Shown here piece by piece: positions 63,683 to 64,000 of a stretch of 64,000 nt of DNA. The notes below the pieces were generated by a model that made no database searches, was not told the origin of the DNA, and worked only from the letters and a program-made list of their open reading frames with translations. The position numbers and the translations under genes are program-made. The DNA is from Minisyncoccia bacterium (lineage in GTDB: Bacteria > Patescibacteriota > Minisyncoccia > UBA6257 > 2-01-FULL-56-20), in NCBI GenBank assembly GCA_049997875.1, contig JBEKRC010000003.1, positions 18,725 to 82,724 on the forward strand. Reading direction: 5' to 3'. The number at the start of each line of letters is the position of its first letter. Position 1 is the first letter of the stretch.

Positions 63683-64000
63683 ATGAATGTGGCTCCCGTC
63701 AAAACCAGTATTTTCAAGGAAGGAAACGACCTCCTAGCCTTTATAAAAAAATACGTGAAAGCGCTCCCCGAGCGGTCGCTTCTTGTCGTCACGTCAAAAA
63801 TCGTCGCGCTGGCCGAGCGCCGAACGGCAATTGCGAAAACAGAAAGGGAAAAGGGGCGGCTGATCAAAAAAGAAAGCGAATGGGCCATGCGCACCAAATA
63901 TGTCTGGCTTACCATCCGCGACAGGATGGTGATGGCGTCGGCGGGCATTGACATGTCCAACGGGAACGGAAAGCTTGTCCTTCTGCCAAAAGACAGCTTT
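63683..64000 (+). CDS. partial CofE/FbiB-like gamma-glutamyl-ligase-family protein (runs off the window end)
   Basis: ATG at 63683. Translation MNVAPVKTSIFKEGNDLLAFIKKYV…LLVVTSKIVALAE…SAGIDMSNGNG… resembles the CofE family. No stop codon before position 64000. Confidence 0.45.
   Translation, partial: MNVAPVKTSIFKEGNDLLAFIKKYVKALPERSLLVVTSKIVALAERRTAIAKTEREKGRLIKKESEWAMRTKYVWLTIRDRMVMASAGIDMSNGNGKLVLLPKDSF

Overview
This 64 kb window is densely coding (~55 supportable CDS, most on the minus strand) with about 58% GC. It looks like part of a small-genome bacterium of the Patescibacteria/CPR type. That is an inference from gene content: a compact dnaE, short uvrA/uvrC, many signal-peptide proteins with peptidoglycan-binding domains, and frequent GTG/TTG starts. 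Recognisable housekeeping genes are uvrC, uvrA and uvrB unusually co-localised with nth, NUDIX and HD hydrolases. Also present are secA, hpf, murB, tpiA, the mraZ-rsmH-ftsL-PBP division cluster, rplJ-rplL with an upstream sigma70-like promoter, rpmG, five tRNAs (Glu-CUC, Val-CAC, Trp-CCA, Thr-GGU, Thr-UGU), dnaE, lysS, greA, map and two tandem adenylate-kinase-like genes. Accessory content includes an ECF-sigma/anti-sigma plus MacAB-type ABC efflux operon flanked by two paralogous small membrane proteins. There is also a DUF4430 + prenyltransferase-repeat + ECF-S-like operon, a thioredoxin-like/DsbB-like pair, a MarR regulator divergent from a 589-aa protein with only the PEP-utilising N-terminal ATP-binding domain (PPDK_N), a membrane metallophosphoesterase, and a Cas4-like PD-(D/E)XK nuclease. 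No CRISPR array, rRNA or transposase was found. Six observations stand out. (1) A roughly 140-155 nt structured repeat element occurs in three copies (12352-12505, 18900-19039 inverted, 54206-54351). Its core is conserved, its 24-31 bp outer stems are copy-specific, and base changes between copies preserve pairing in two internal helices, which suggests a structured RNA or mobile hairpin family. (2) A nested-palindrome element sits directly beside tRNA-Glu, with a 16-nt duplication of the tRNA 3' end about 295 bp away. (3) Three ORF-poor gaps of about 1 kb, 0.44 kb and 1 kb may hold ncRNAs. The first contains a TTG-start, Shine-Dalgarno-preceded secreted beta-rich protein. (4) A gene cluster comprises a tRNA-binding protein, a divergent PurD-like ATP-grasp, an unknown 307-aa protein and a SET-domain methyltransferase. 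(5) A coiled-coil HExxH protein and a small repeat protein are inserted between uvrC and uvrA. (6) A fibronectin-III surface protein with a 15-nt tandem repeat lies inside the ribosomal-protein/tRNA cluster.
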